Under the pieces are notes generated by a model, which ran no database searches, was not told the origin of the DNA, and saw only the letters and a list, made by a program, of their open reading frames with translations. The position numbers were made by a program, and so were the translations under genes. Source: an uncultured virus (IMG/VR IMGVR_UViG_3300007512_002205) (taxonomy: Duplodnaviria > Heunggongvirae > Uroviricota > Caudoviricetes). From it: a DNA stretch of 59,143 nt. The stretch's first letter is position 1. Each line of letters starts with the position of its first letter. Shown in pieces: positions 10,033 to 20,147 of this stretch. Location: the IMG/VR virus record IMGVR_UViG_3300007512_002205, positions 62,001-121,143 of that record. One strand, written 5' to 3'.

Positions 10033-13000
10033 TTAACTCTCCAACCTTTTCAAGACTTCTTTATATAACAAAACGTTTTCAACGCCTTTTGAAGCATCTC
10101 CGGATTTATTTAACGAGTCTTGGAAAGTTTTTTTGTACGTCACCACATCATCCCCCTCTCCAAACCTACGCAAATCAAACAAAGTCTTGACAAATTCCTT
10201 TCCCTTTTCAAGATCCTGTAACAAAGGGAATGTGGTGATATTTGTGTTAAACAGCGCTTTCACAAGACCCACTCTTGTCGCATCTTCATCAATTAAGCGA
10301 ATCGTTTTCTTACTGAATTCGTTGGAGTCTTTCAGTTCGTAATCAGAAATGAACCCTCTTGCCGTATTAACCACTCCGTCTTTTATATAGTCCGCCTCTT
10401 TTGCACTTTTTTTCGCCGTGACAACTATTTGGCCGTTGTAGAGAACCTCTCCCTTTTCATTAATCGCAACCCCTTTATCGCCACCTATTTTCAGAACCAC
10501 CTGTCCACTTTTTCCGTCCACAGAAAACTCTTGTGACCCTTTCAACTCACTTCCTACCTGTTCTGCTTTCCCAATTAAATCAAAAAGAATAGAGCCATCT
10601 TCTGGTTTTTCGCTTTCATCAATTGGGTTGTTCCAATACAGAGATTCAAGAGAGAGTTTTATAGGTCCAGACTCCACCTTTTGCTTTGAACCCAATGACT
10701 TTATCTTTGTTCCAATCAAATCAGTCGTTTGTTCCAAAGAAGATTTCGTTTGCCCTTCCAAAGCTTTGAAGGGTGCATCAACTGCCGCCTGCAACGCCTT
10801 CCTCCCTTGTTGACCAATAAGGTTTGGAATAGATTTTGAAAGATCATAAACCGTATCATTGATTTTTTTGCACAATTCTTCAATGTTTGAAAGAGCATCC
10901 TCGACGAGTTGATCTTTGTAGTTTTCCGGTAAGCCTTTTTGGGCAAGCAAGACTTTTATATCTTGTGGGGGACAAGGATTCGCCGCTCTCTTTGCGTCTT
11001 CAAGGATTCCTGTTATACACAGCTCAGAATTAACCAGTGTTCCAAGATGCTTATAGAAGTCTCTCACACCTTCTTTGAATGAAAGTTGTGAAATTGAACC
11101 AAGATCAGCAACGATTTCCAACAGGCCATCGTTCGCAAACCCTCTCAAAAGTGAGACAAGCTCTGTTGAATCAATGTTTTCAGAAACTATATCGAAATAA
11201 CCCCTCAACTCCTGCTCGCTTAACCCACTAAGGAGTGGAAACTGTTCTTGTAAAAGGAACAAGACCTCTTTCAATGAAAACTGTGAGCCTCTTTGAATCA
11301 AAACATTTATATCACACGAAACAAAATCAAGTTTTGAGCCATCACCAACCGAAGCAAAGTTCGAATAAGGATCCCCACCACCACCTGACTGACTTGCCAA
11401 CCTATTGATATCCTCATCGCTTAAATTGCACATATTAAGAAGATCTCTTATCGCAAACCCCAACAAGGATTCAAGCGCAAGAAGAAGGGCTTCTATTATG
11501 AGTTCGATTATCTTTGCCTTGATGAATGCCCAAAAATCAACCAATGGGATATACGGAATTTGGGGAATCTCTGGAATCTGAGGGATAACGCTCAAAAGCC
11601 ACTGTGGGTTTAAAATGAGGTTCTTAAAATTAATATATGCCGCGAACAATTGATTTACATTCAATTGGTTTAAGCACGCATAGAAGCTTGAATCTTCTCC
11701 GAGTCTTTCAAGCTTGTCTCTGTTCGCAGCAAGAATTCTGGTTAAAAGCTCATACCACGGAAACTTATGAAAAAGAAATTCGAATATTGTACCAAGATCC
11801 CTTTTTCTAAAGACGGTGACAATATCTTCGAAGCAATTATACTTTGAAGCGACAGCGGCCCCAAGTGGAATCGAAAGGCTGAATGAACTCTCCATGTCCT
11901 CTTTGGTCGGCTTTTGTTTTCTTTCGTTTGGGTCCTTACCTTTCTCTTTTTTCTTCTTGTCTTTTTTCGCTGATGGCTTGAGATCGATTTTTGGATAATG
12001 AACGTTTTGAACAAAATTGCCCCAAAGAACAGACTTGTTCGGACCAATAATGTTCTTGTTTGATAAAAACAGGTTGTTTGCTGTTTTCATTTGAATAATC
12101 GGATAAGGTGTTTTTTCAAGCAACTCTGGGTTGTCACGCTCTGATGGTGGCACCGGAACATCAATGGCCTCTATCATTTTTTGTCTTGTGATTGTCCTCA
12201 CAAAAATTGGTTTAAATTTTATTGTTTCCTCAATTTTTATAAAGAGGTTTTTCTTGCTCGCCCCTTTAAGTTTGGTTTCGCCGAGAGCGTTGGCTGTTTT
12301 ACCGACAACCTCAAAGTTCTTATAAAATTTTTCTGCAAAGGTGTCTGTAACAATAGCAATGTCACCAACAACAGCCCCAAAACCCTTTCCAAGCGCATTG
12401 ATGCGCGGAACGAAGGTCAACCCTTCGGGTTTTGGATTTAATTCATAATCTTGGTTGTCTTCATCGAAAGGTATGTTTTCCGCATCCTTGTCCGGCTTAC
12501 CGAGGGTTTTCGCTGTATTCCCGGTATTACCTAAAGAAATTGGAGGTCTAATAGATGATATTGCCAAAAGATTCATAGAATCATCGTAATGATAGGTTAT
12601 CGATTCATTGCTTACTGCTTTGTTGTAATTCGCAAAGACCGGATTCCCCCCTTTCTCCAAAAGATATTCATTCCGTAGAAGTTCTTGTCCCTCTATCAAA
12701 ATAGATGTAACTGTTTTTGGGGGAAATTTGTATTCTTTACCAAGAACCTCGGCAGCTTTTTGTTTGTTGTCAAATTTAAAAGATTCAATCTCAGCGGCTA
12801 ACTTATCGACCTCTTGATAAAAAAGAGATTGTTTGGAATTTGCTGGCATATTTTGCAAAGGGTTCAAAACATCTCTCACTATATTCAAATTGGTGAAAAA
12901 TATAGAAGACAACGTATCCTCCGACCCTAAATTTGGAAATGTAATAGAATATTTGGACAAAGAATCAAGGCCGATTTTGATTGTATCAAGGTAATGCTCT

Positions 13001-13815
13001 TGTTGTTCAAATTCCTCGGACAAAACCACTTCTGCAAAATTGAAAGTAACACACGTTTTAACAAGGTTGACGCCCTTTCTGGTTACGGCTCTGAAAAACA
13101 CCTCTGTCTTCGCTTTTGAACTTACGTCTCTTCTGAACGATCCTTTGACGACTTCCAATGCCTCTTTTTTAAGAGCTTCTATGTTCTCTGCCTTCTTAAG
13201 ATTGGTTACTGTATCCTTTTTCTTTGAAACAACACAAACTGTTGGAGTTGTAAACCTTAATACTTTTCTTTTCGGTGGCTTTGCTTCCGGGTTTTTGATT
13301 TCTTTTATCGGGCCGCCCCCATTATCAACAAACAAAACAGTGTCATTTACACCAACAATCGCTTCGTGCCACCCGCCAACTGAACCGTCAGCAAAATTTG
13401 CCCGTTTTATTATCTCTTCTTTACCCGTTCCAAGAATATATTTCTTTCTAAACCAATCGTAAAAGGCGTGCTGAACAACAGATTCATAAGTTCTTCTTGA
13501 CAGTTTACCAAGATTATTCTCTTCATATGGTTTAAGAATCTGCCCAATTGGCAAATCAAGTTCTCCAAGTTGGATCTTTGTTATCGTGTTTTTTAAAGCT
13601 TCACTCTCTTCAAACGAAACAAGGCCAAGAGCTGAAGTCTCCTCGGTTATTTCAAGGTCTGAGTTGTCTGTGCCGAAAATATATCGCAAACAACTTATAA
13701 ATAAAAAATAATGCTCCGAGTGGTCTTCGGGATTAAGAATAGGAGTTTTTGTAAAAAGGGCTTGTTGTCCTTTTTTTGCAAATGCTCTGATTTCTTGTAA
13801 TGTTGGCTTTGACAT
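10033..13815 (-). CDS. Large hypothetical protein (structural module), with a central hydrophobic helical stretch
   Basis: 1260 aa ORF; PQIPEIPQIPYIP followed by an amphipathic/hydrophobic segment; no family recognised. Confidence 0.6.
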   Translation of the reverse strand: MSKPTLQEIRAFAKKGQQALFTKTPILNPEDHSEHYFLFISCLRYIFGTDNSDLEITEETSALGLVSFEESEALKNTITKIQLGELDLPIGQILKPYEENNLGKLSRRTYESVVQHAFYDWFRKKYILGTGKEEIIKRANFADGSVGGWHEAIVGVNDTVLFVDNGGGPIKEIKNPEAKPPKRKVLRFTTPTVCVVSKKKDTVTNLKKAENIEALKKEALEVVKGSFRRDVSSKAKTEVFFRAVTRKGVNLVKTCVTFNFAEVVLSEEFEQQEHYLDTIKIGLDSLSKYSITFPNLGSEDTLSSIFFTNLNIVRDVLNPLQNMPANSKQSLFYQEVDKLAAEIESFKFDNKQKAAEVLGKEYKFPPKTVTSILIEGQELLRNEYLLEKGGNPVFANYNKAVSNESITYHYDDSMNLLAISSIRPPISLGNTGNTAKTLGKPDKDAENIPFDEDNQDYELNPKPEGLTFVPRINALGKGFGAVVGDIAIVTDTFAEKFYKNFEVVGKTANALGETKLKGASKKNLFIKIEETIKFKPIFVRTITRQKMIEAIDVPVPPSERDNPELLEKTPYPIIQMKTANNLFLSNKNIIGPNKSVLWGNFVQNVHYPKIDLKPSAKKDKKKKEKGKDPNERKQKPTKEDMESSFSLSIPLGAAVASKYNCFEDIVTVFRKRDLGTIFEFLFHKFPWYELLTRILAANRDKLERLGEDSSFYACLNQLNVNQLFAAYINFKNLILNPQWLLSVIPQIPEIPQIPYIPLVDFWAFIKAKIIELIIEALLLALESLLGFAIRDLLNMCNLSDEDINRLASQSGGGGDPYSNFASVGDGSKLDFVSCDINVLIQRGSQFSLKEVLFLLQEQFPLLSGLSEQELRGYFDIVSENIDSTELVSLLRGFANDGLLEIVADLGSISQLSFKEGVRDFYKHLGTLVNSELCITGILEDAKRAANPCPPQDIKVLLAQKGLPENYKDQLVEDALSNIEELCKKINDTVYDLSKSIPNLIGQQGRKALQAAVDAPFKALEGQTKSSLEQTTDLIGTKIKSLGSKQKVESGPIKLSLESLYWNNPIDESEKPEDGSILFDLIGKAEQVGSELKGSQEFSVDGKSGQVVLKIGGDKGVAINEKGEVLYNGQIVVTAKKSAKEADYIKDGVVNTARGFISDYELKDSNEFSKKTIRLIDEDATRVGLVKALFNTNITTFPLLQDLEKGKEFVKTLFDLRRFGEGDDVVTYKKTFQDSLNKSGDASKGVENVLLYKEVLKRLES

Positions 13816-13818
13816 TTC

Positions 13819-14709
13819 TTAATTCGCCTTGTTGTATCTGCTCAAAATCCATTTCTTTGCAAACGGCATCAAATAATTAACCTTTGTTAGTTCAATGTTC
13901 GCAATCATACCCATAAGGTTTGCAGTGGTTGTAAAATCTCCAGCCACCATGCTTATTATACCAGCGCACAAATCTAGCGACGGTGCGACCGGACCTGTTG
14001 CACCTATGTGAAAATGAAGAGCAAGGGACGCCTTTAATATCATTATCTCCGTGTGCATCTTTTGCATTGTTGACGCGAGATCTCCAATGTTTTTCATGAC
14101 ATCATCAAGGAAGTCTTTCAGGTTATATCCTTTAACAAGTGGTTGAACCGGAAATCTATCTGCCTCGCCCGCAACAATATGCACACCACCAAGCACATCA
14201 ATCCGAGCACCTCTTGAATTATAACGACGACCACCTGTTTGAATCTGAACAAACTCAGAACCCTTCAAATCAATAACATCTGCTCTTGCTATGATCGCAG
14301 ACCTTGCTTTGAAATCTCCAGGTATCGAGGGTGTCTTGATGTCCGTCATTGATGACACCTCAAATCTTGAAGCGAACGCAAGGGTCTCTCTATTTCTCAA
14401 GTCAATTGTTTCGTTCGTATCTGTTTTTTCGCTTATGTTGTACATAAGAACAGATGGTGCCGGCAACCCACTTTTATCTCGGTATCTCGCATCGTTTATA
14501 AGCGCAATCCCTGATGGGCAATCGGGATGCTTCTTTATATATTGATTTTCAAGTTTGAGGGTTTTTGGGTTATTATAGATTGAAAGACTGCCTCCCAAAC
14601 CAGAACCACCTTGCTCTGGGGAATTGTCCAATCTCCTCTTTACCTCATCAATACTTTCTTTTTGCGAGGGATCTAAATCTTTTGGTGATCGCGGTTTCAC
14701 TCTTGTCAT
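13819..14709 (-). CDS. Putative baseplate central spike protein (gpV/gp138-like)
   Basis: C-terminal LALHFHIGATGP HxH motif, as in iron-binding spike apices; position next to baseplate genes. Confidence 0.6.
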   Translation of the reverse strand: MTRVKPRSPKDLDPSQKESIDEVKRRLDNSPEQGGSGLGGSLSIYNNPKTLKLENQYIKKHPDCPSGIALINDARYRDKSGLPAPSVLMYNISEKTDTNETIDLRNRETLAFASRFEVSSMTDIKTPSIPGDFKARSAIIARADVIDLKGSEFVQIQTGGRRYNSRGARIDVLGGVHIVAGEADRFPVQPLVKGYNLKDFLDDVMKNIGDLASTMQKMHTEIMILKASLALHFHIGATGPVAPSLDLCAGIISMVAGDFTTTANLMGMIANIELTKVNYLMPFAKKWILSRYNKAN

Positions 14710-16670
14710 AATACTAAAAACCTTATTTTTGGAGGTAATTTCTTGCCTACACTATATGTAGACACAACGTATCTTAATATTTCGTTATCTTTTCCCTCAT
14801 CTCCAAGCGGTCTTAATCGAGTCTCAAGCTCATCTTTTCCAGTTAAACTTGTCCATCTCGTTGGCGTCCCGCTCACATCCACCCCGGCGTGCGATTCATA
14901 ATGATTATACATTGTGTTACCACTTCGAAATAGCGCAGCGCCACCAACAAACTCCTTATCCATCGACATCAGCTTTAGAACATAGAGGTGAACAATCTCT
15001 GGTGGAATCTGATATATCTTTTCCTCTAGTTTAATGTAAACGACAAAATCAATGGCTCTGCCGTAAAAATGTTGGCTATTTTTATCCACCCCAACTTTGA
15101 AAGAGGACACGGGTGGGGGTGCTCTAAAAACAGATAGGTGTTTTATGAATATATCATCCGGCTTTTCGGTTTCTTTTATCAGGTTTCTTAACTGATCAAT
15201 AAAAGTGCGTAATTTGGCAATATTCTTTTTCACCTTCTTTACAGAGATTCCTCTTTTCAAAACAGACTTATCGTAAGTGTTAATTTCTTGTTCTAAGCCA
15301 TATTCAATCTCTACATCGTTTTGAATCGGAAAGACCTGCCCATCCTCAACTGAAACAAGTGATAAAGAGGTTTGATTCACCGCACCATCCTTAAAGAACA
15401 ATTGGACATCAACTCTATCCTGTTGTCTCTTCCACTCTTTACCGTTGATGTCGAAGTATTTTTCTGTTGCTTGTCGGTCAAGTTTTCGTAAGCACTCCTC
15501 AAACTCCGTCTTCCCTTTTATTGTGCTTGGTGGTGCAAAGTTTTGTTCAATCTGGCTTTGAGAGGTTGATTCATGCGAGGCAAACTCTTGATAGCTTGCA
15601 TATCTTGCATTGCTATAATTGACATATTCCACTACTCCACCATCCAAATCAAGATCGATCAAGACGATATCTCCTTTAACGCTAACTTTGACATCGAACT
15701 GTTTCTCAATTCTCTTCAAAATATACTGTGAAAAAATCTTCGCCAAATCAGAATCTGGCTTTATAACCTCATCTTCATGTCTCAACTCAATTCTTGTTCC
15801 AAGCAATTTTTCATCTTCTTCAAAATCCACAATTTTTATAGAAGTCGGCCTCGTCGAAAAGAAAGTTTTCACTTGCCCCTTTGCAAATACAACCGGATTC
15901 CCAATTATCTCCTTCGCAACTTTACCACCCAGTGCGGACTTAAGACTTTGGGGGCCAACACTGAGGATAGCGTTTTTCATGAAATCTGAATCGTATATGT
16001 TCCTTCTCAAGAACTCATAGATGTCATAAAAGCCACCCTTCGTCTTGTCATTAAGAGCCCATTGGGATTTTATGGTTTCCCCTTGACCATCTTTAAACTT
16101 AGAAAGCCTGCAAAACGCAACATCTGCCGCCACAGCTTTTGTGCTTAACTCATTTTCTGACTTGTCACCAAAAACCATTAGGTCCATAAAGCTCAAAACA
16201 TTTTGAATTTTCGGCGATACCAAAGTTTCCTTGTTCAAGTATGTAATAGAAACAATGCTTCCAACACTCAACGCCTCATCGCCATTATACTCAATGGCCT
16301 CTGTGAAATGTCGTTCAACGCCAATCGATTTAAAATCAGGTTTCAAAGTATAAGAGCCGTAAATGTGAACATAAACTGTTTTAAAGGATGTTTTTGTCTT
16401 GTTGGTTGAAGCATTTTCAATTCTTTGAGCGTTATCATTCTGGTGTTTTACGACATCAAAAATGGCCTCGTTTTTTGAATCTTCATCAACAACATCAACA
16501 ACAATCCCTATCTTTCTGTTGTCTTCGCCACCTTTCGTCCTACTTGCAGCTTCTCTGGCCATATAGTCGAGAAGGTTTTCACCATCAAAACTATGTCTTC
16601 CGATGGAATCAAGAAGTTGTGTGTTCTTAAATTCTATTTTTAAATTAGCTAAAGAGGTTTTCGTAGGCAT
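14706..16670 (-). CDS. Putative baseplate hub protein with C-terminal peptidase M15-like (Zn D,D/L,D-peptidase) domain
   Basis: R...NSQHFYGRAIDF...YNHYE supplies the SxHxxGxAxD plus distal His of M15 peptidases; upstream of the spike gene. Confidence 0.65.
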   Translation of the reverse strand: MPTKTSLANLKIEFKNTQLLDSIGRHSFDGENLLDYMAREAASRTKGGEDNRKIGIVVDVVDEDSKNEAIFDVVKHQNDNAQRIENASTNKTKTSFKTVYVHIYGSYTLKPDFKSIGVERHFTEAIEYNGDEALSVGSIVSITYLNKETLVSPKIQNVLSFMDLMVFGDKSENELSTKAVAADVAFCRLSKFKDGQGETIKSQWALNDKTKGGFYDIYEFLRRNIYDSDFMKNAILSVGPQSLKSALGGKVAKEIIGNPVVFAKGQVKTFFSTRPTSIKIVDFEEDEKLLGTRIELRHEDEVIKPDSDLAKIFSQYILKRIEKQFDVKVSVKGDIVLIDLDLDGGVVEYVNYSNARYASYQEFASHESTSQSQIEQNFAPPSTIKGKTEFEECLRKLDRQATEKYFDINGKEWKRQQDRVDVQLFFKDGAVNQTSLSLVSVEDGQVFPIQNDVEIEYGLEQEINTYDKSVLKRGISVKKVKKNIAKLRTFIDQLRNLIKETEKPDDIFIKHLSVFRAPPPVSSFKVGVDKNSQHFYGRAIDFVVYIKLEEKIYQIPPEIVHLYVLKLMSMDKEFVGGAALFRSGNTMYNHYESHAGVDVSGTPTRWTSLTGKDELETRLRPLGDEGKDNEILRYVVSTYSVGKKLPPKIRFLVL

Positions 16671-16676
16671 TCATTT

Positions 16677-16982
16677 TTACCCTTTCGATTCTTTCGACTC
16701 TTTGATCTCTTCGAACATAGATCTACGCTCTTCAGGGGTCATGCCTTCAGATTCTGGCGCGGCTTTCTTAGCCTTCAGAGAGGTTAATTTCACAAGTTGT
16801 TCATTGGAACGCTGCAAAGTCTCAAGGTACTTTGCCACAATGAAGCCGAGCTTGGTATGATCAGCACCTTCTTCTTCGGCAAGTTTCTTGACTTTGGCCA
16901 TAAAGTGGCTTGTCAAAATCCTGTCTGCACGAATATTGTCTAAAGCTTCCTCAAGCAGAGCTTCGTATTTATTGTTTGACAT
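16677..16982 (-). CDS. Hypothetical helical protein
   Basis: ATG at 16982 overlaps the sigma-factor stop (TAATG); about 101 aa, coiled-coil-like. Confidence 0.6.
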   Translation of the reverse strand: MSNNKYEALLEEALDNIRADRILTSHFMAKVKKLAEEEGADHTKLGFIVAKYLETLQRSNEQLVKLTSLKAKKAAPESEGMTPEERRSMFEEIKESKESKG

Positions 16983-17686
16983 TAGTACTCCCCCATTTCC
17001 CAATCACTTTTGAACTTTCGATATTGCTTTCGTATCTTTGAAAGACACGAAACAATCTGTTTTGTTGAAAGACCAGTGATCTCTCTCATGTATAGGTAAA
17101 TAGCTTTTTTGTTAAAAATTTCTATTTCATCTATGTTTTCCATCAAATGTTCAATAGCCAAAAGAACCTCAAGTTCGTTTGTCTTTAGGGGAAGCTTCTT
17201 CCAGTATTCAATTTCTTCAAGAAGATACTCCCAGTACTCTCTCTTTTCCCTATTCTCTTCACTTGGGTTCATCGTAACAAGGTTAGGATGCAAAGATTCT
17301 TTTATCTTTTCTTCAGAGCCGACCTCTGTTTGCATTCTCTTCTTGGTCTTTTTTGCTTTTTGTATAAACCAGTTTTTTGTCACAACAGAAAAATACGCAA
17401 ACGCAGTTGAACCACGATTCGGATCATATTTATCCAAAATCATTATCAAATGAAGTTTACATTCATCCTTTAAATCGTCAATATTTGGCAGCGAAACGAA
17501 TTTATAAGTATAAACAATCTTATCTACCATTTCATCAAAAGCTGGTTGTAGTAGATTTTCGTAAAGCTTTGTTTTCTCTTCCCGAGTTACCGCTTCAACA
17601 TAATCAACGACAGCCTTTTCATGCTTTTTATCAAAGTAATAATTCTTCTTCGTCTTCGTCGCTTTCTTCGTCTTCGTCTTTTTCAT
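16982..17686 (-). CDS. Phage RNA polymerase sigma factor (T4 gp55-like / sigma region 2)
   Basis: DDLKDECKLHLIMILDKYDPNRGSTAFAYFSVVTKNWFIQ matches the sigma region 2 pattern of gp55-like proteins; C-terminal HTH-like REITGLSTKQI. Confidence 0.8.
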   Translation of the reverse strand: MKKTKTKKATKTKKNYYFDKKHEKAVVDYVEAVTREEKTKLYENLLQPAFDEMVDKIVYTYKFVSLPNIDDLKDECKLHLIMILDKYDPNRGSTAFAYFSVVTKNWFIQKAKKTKKRMQTEVGSEEKIKESLHPNLVTMNPSEENREKREYWEYLLEEIEYWKKLPLKTNELEVLLAIEHLMENIDEIEIFNKKAIYLYMREITGLSTKQIVSCLSKIRKQYRKFKSDWEMGEY

Positions 17687-17954
17687 AATCTTCAATCACA
17701 ATAGCTTCAAGAAAATCTTCAACCTTAACCGACAAAACATCCAGGTGTTTTATCAGCGATCTCAAGGTTTCATCCCCATAATAGAGATCCATCTTATAAA
17801 CCTTCTTCAATCTGAAATGAAAAGAAAATAACTCTTCTCTCAACTCCAAAAATTCATCAATTATAGAACTATACATTTTTAAAAAATTCTTTATATAGAC
17901 TATAAGAACACCAACAACACAAGCCAACACAACTGTTGAAATTGTCCAAAACAT
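17631..17954 (-). CDS. Small membrane-anchored protein with acidic tail
   Basis: N-terminal hydrophobic helix FWTISTVVLACVVGVLIVYI. Confidence 0.6.
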   Translation of the reverse strand: MFWTISTVVLACVVGVLIVYIKNFLKMYSSIIDEFLELREELFSFHFRLKKVYKMDLYYGDETLRSLIKHLDVLSVKVEDFLEAIVIEDYEKDEDEESDEDEEELLL

Positions 17955-18208
17955 TATTCTTCTCCGTATTCTTTACTTTGGTAATCTTGTTGTTGTTGTC
18001 CCAAATCTTCCGTTGCTTCTTTCAAAAATTCTTTTACCACATCACCAACAAGCTGCCTCTTCTCAATTTTAGATTCTATTCGAACGAAAGAGGGTACTCG
18101 TTCTATATCCTCAGAACTGCATTCACAAGGTTCCGGCTTTTCAGAGAACAGGTGTCTCTGTTCCCAAACATTCTCACAAACATGACATTTGTATTTATAA
18201 GTCGGCAT
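17954..18208 (-). CDS. FmdB-family zinc ribbon protein
   Basis: MPTYKYKCHVCENVWE...PCECSS..IERV. Confidence 0.8.
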   Translation of the reverse strand: MPTYKYKCHVCENVWEQRHLFSEKPEPCECSSEDIERVPSFVRIESKIEKRQLVGDVVKEFLKEATEDLGQQQQDYQSKEYGEE

Positions 18209-18386
18209 CTTCTTTGTCAACTTTGACGATTGGCGGATTCAAAACGATCAACTCTGTTTCGTTTTTCTTCTCATGAAGAGCAAACTGGAATCCTTTGAGA
18301 ACCGGAACAATATCCGATTGATCCATCAAACTCTTTTGTAGTGCCATCATCACGGCCCCAAGAGCCTGATCACTTAAAATTACCAT
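18195..18386 (-). CDS. Small hypothetical protein
   Basis: 63 aa; GAGGAG Shine-Dalgarno upstream; fills the gap in the operon. Confidence 0.6.
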   Translation of the reverse strand: MVILSDQALGAVMMALQKSLMDQSDIVPVLKGFQFALHEKKNETELIVLNPPIVKVDKEDADL

Positions 18387-18387
18387 T

Positions 18388-19272
18388 TTATTTCTCCTCG
18401 TCGGTTATTGCCCGACCTTTTAATTTTTCCCAATCTCTTTCTGGTCTTGAGAGCAAATTTGATTCCCAAACCCCGTTTAACATTGGTGCTGTAAGACCAT
18501 GAAGATTTAATAGCTCCAACAATGCACAAAGATCTTTCGGAAAACAACTTCCTGAAAATCCAAAACCTCCGTCTGGGCCTGGAACTTCAAAGTGGGAGTT
18601 GTTTATTCTTCTATCGTGTGTCGCAATATGAACCACCTCTCCATAGTCAACACCAACTGTTTCACAAAGATTGTGCATCTCGTTGGCAAACGTTACCTTT
18701 GTCGCCAAAAAACAATTAGCAAAATATTTAACCATTTCTGCTGTTGTTGAATCTGTTAACAGATACTTTGTTCCCACCCTACCAGTAATAGAAGCACCTT
18801 CTTGCCAACCTTTTTGGAAAAAGTCTTTCACCGCATGTTTTGCACTCCAACTTCCCCCAAGGACAATACGGTCCTGATTTAGAAAGTCGTTAAGGAAATT
18901 GGCTTCTGTTAAGAATTCTGGGCTGAACACTATCGAGCAGTTGGTACACAACTTTTGAATTAATTTTGTCGTTCCCGGCGGGACTGTTGATTTTATAACA
19001 ACAATGTGATTCTTTTTGTATGAATCTATTTCAAGAATCGTATCCCGAACATAACTTACGTTTGCTCCACCGTCTGCCGTCTTCATCGGCGTTGGCACAC
19101 AAACGAAAATTAATTCTGTTTGTTTGCAAAGCTCTTTGAGTGACTCACACGAAGAATTTTTATATTTATCATAAGTGTGAATTGCATTAAAATACTCTTT
19201 CTTCTTTAGGCCCTTAATCAGAGCCGAACCTACAAAACCTAAACCAACAACACCTACTTTTGCATTTCTCAT
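18388..19272 (-). CDS. ugd: UDP-glucose/GDP-mannose 6-dehydrogenase family (short form lacking the C-terminal domain)
   Basis: GLGFVG, FVCVPTP, KSTVPPGTT, SPEFL, AEMVKYFAN and catalytic GFSGSCFPKD. Confidence 0.85.
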   Translation of the reverse strand: MRNAKVGVVGLGFVGSALIKGLKKKEYFNAIHTYDKYKNSSCESLKELCKQTELIFVCVPTPMKTADGGANVSYVRDTILEIDSYKKNHIVVIKSTVPPGTTKLIQKLCTNCSIVFSPEFLTEANFLNDFLNQDRIVLGGSWSAKHAVKDFFQKGWQEGASITGRVGTKYLLTDSTTAEMVKYFANCFLATKVTFANEMHNLCETVGVDYGEVVHIATHDRRINNSHFEVPGPDGGFGFSGSCFPKDLCALLELLNLHGLTAPMLNGVWESNLLSRPERDWEKLKGRAITDEEK

Positions 19273-19274
19273 CT

Positions 19275-20147
19275 TTACCTCACCAACCAATTTGTAATGT
19301 ATCCCTCAAGTTTGACCTTGGACTCCCAACCTGTTGCTTTGAACATCTCAGAAAAATCTGCCAATGTGTCTCTTGCTTCGCCAGGTCGTTTTGGAATATA
19401 AACTTTCTCTCCACCGAACATATCTGCAAGCTCGTTTATAGAATAGTTTTTTCCACAACCAAGGTCAAATACTTGAGCTTGCCAAATCCCTTCTCCAAGC
19501 GATATAAACCCTGCCACAATATCTGAAATATGTGTGAAATCCCTTCTTTGCTCGCCATCACCTGTTACTGTAAGCGGTTTTCCTGCTGATGTTAAGCCTT
19601 CGAAAATTCCAACAACTGTTGCATAGGCACCTTTCGTTGGTTGCCTCTTACCATAAACATTAAAAAACCGCGCTGTAACGGTACTCATGCCGTACACGCG
19701 GTGATATAACTCACAAACTTGTTCTCCGGTGTGTTTTGCGAAAGCATAAGGGTTTAACATTGGCCCCGCATATGCTGATGATGATCCTGCATAAACAAGC
19801 TTCGCAAAACACCGACGCGCATATTCACAAACACACGCTGTTCCAAGAACATCTGTTGAAAGGTATGTTAACGGATCTTTAAAACTTGGTTGGATTCTCG
19901 CCAACGCTGCAAGATGATAAATCACATCAAATTTATGGCCATCGTATTTGTATGTGTTTAAGTTCCTAACGTCGTCAATCCAATAAGTCACATCGTTTCT
20001 CATATAGTTTCTTGAAGAAGAATCCGAACAAAGGTTATCTATGACAAAAACCTCGCAACCCTCTTTGCTCATAAGTTCATCAACAAGATTAGAACCAACA
20101 AATCCAAGCCCACCTGTTACTAATATTTTCACTTCCAGTTTCTCCAC
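19275..20147 (-). CDS. NAD-dependent sugar epimerase/dehydratase (extended SDR)
   Basis: TGGLGFVG, HLAA, YAFAK (YxxxK), RFFNVYG, GDGEQRRDFTH; true start may be GTG 20132. Confidence 0.9.
   Translation of the reverse strand: MEKLEVKILVTGGLGFVGSNLVDELMSKEGCEVFVIDNLCSDSSSRNYMRNDVTYWIDDVRNLNTYKYDGHKFDVIYHLAALARIQPSFKDPLTYLSTDVLGTACVCEYARRCFAKLVYAGSSSAYAGPMLNPYAFAKHTGEQVCELYHRVYGMSTVTARFFNVYGKRQPTKGAYATVVGIFEGLTSAGKPLTVTGDGEQRRDFTHISDIVAGFISLGEGIWQAQVFDLGCGKNYSINELADMFGGEKVYIPKRPGEARDTLADFSEMFKATGWESKVKLEGYITNWLVR

Noticed and set aside
8365..14709. Three consecutive same-frame ORFs as a programmed readthrough polyprotein
   Set aside because: The stops are TAA and each ORF has its own ATG; same-frame adjacency of three genes is expected by chance about 1 time in 9.
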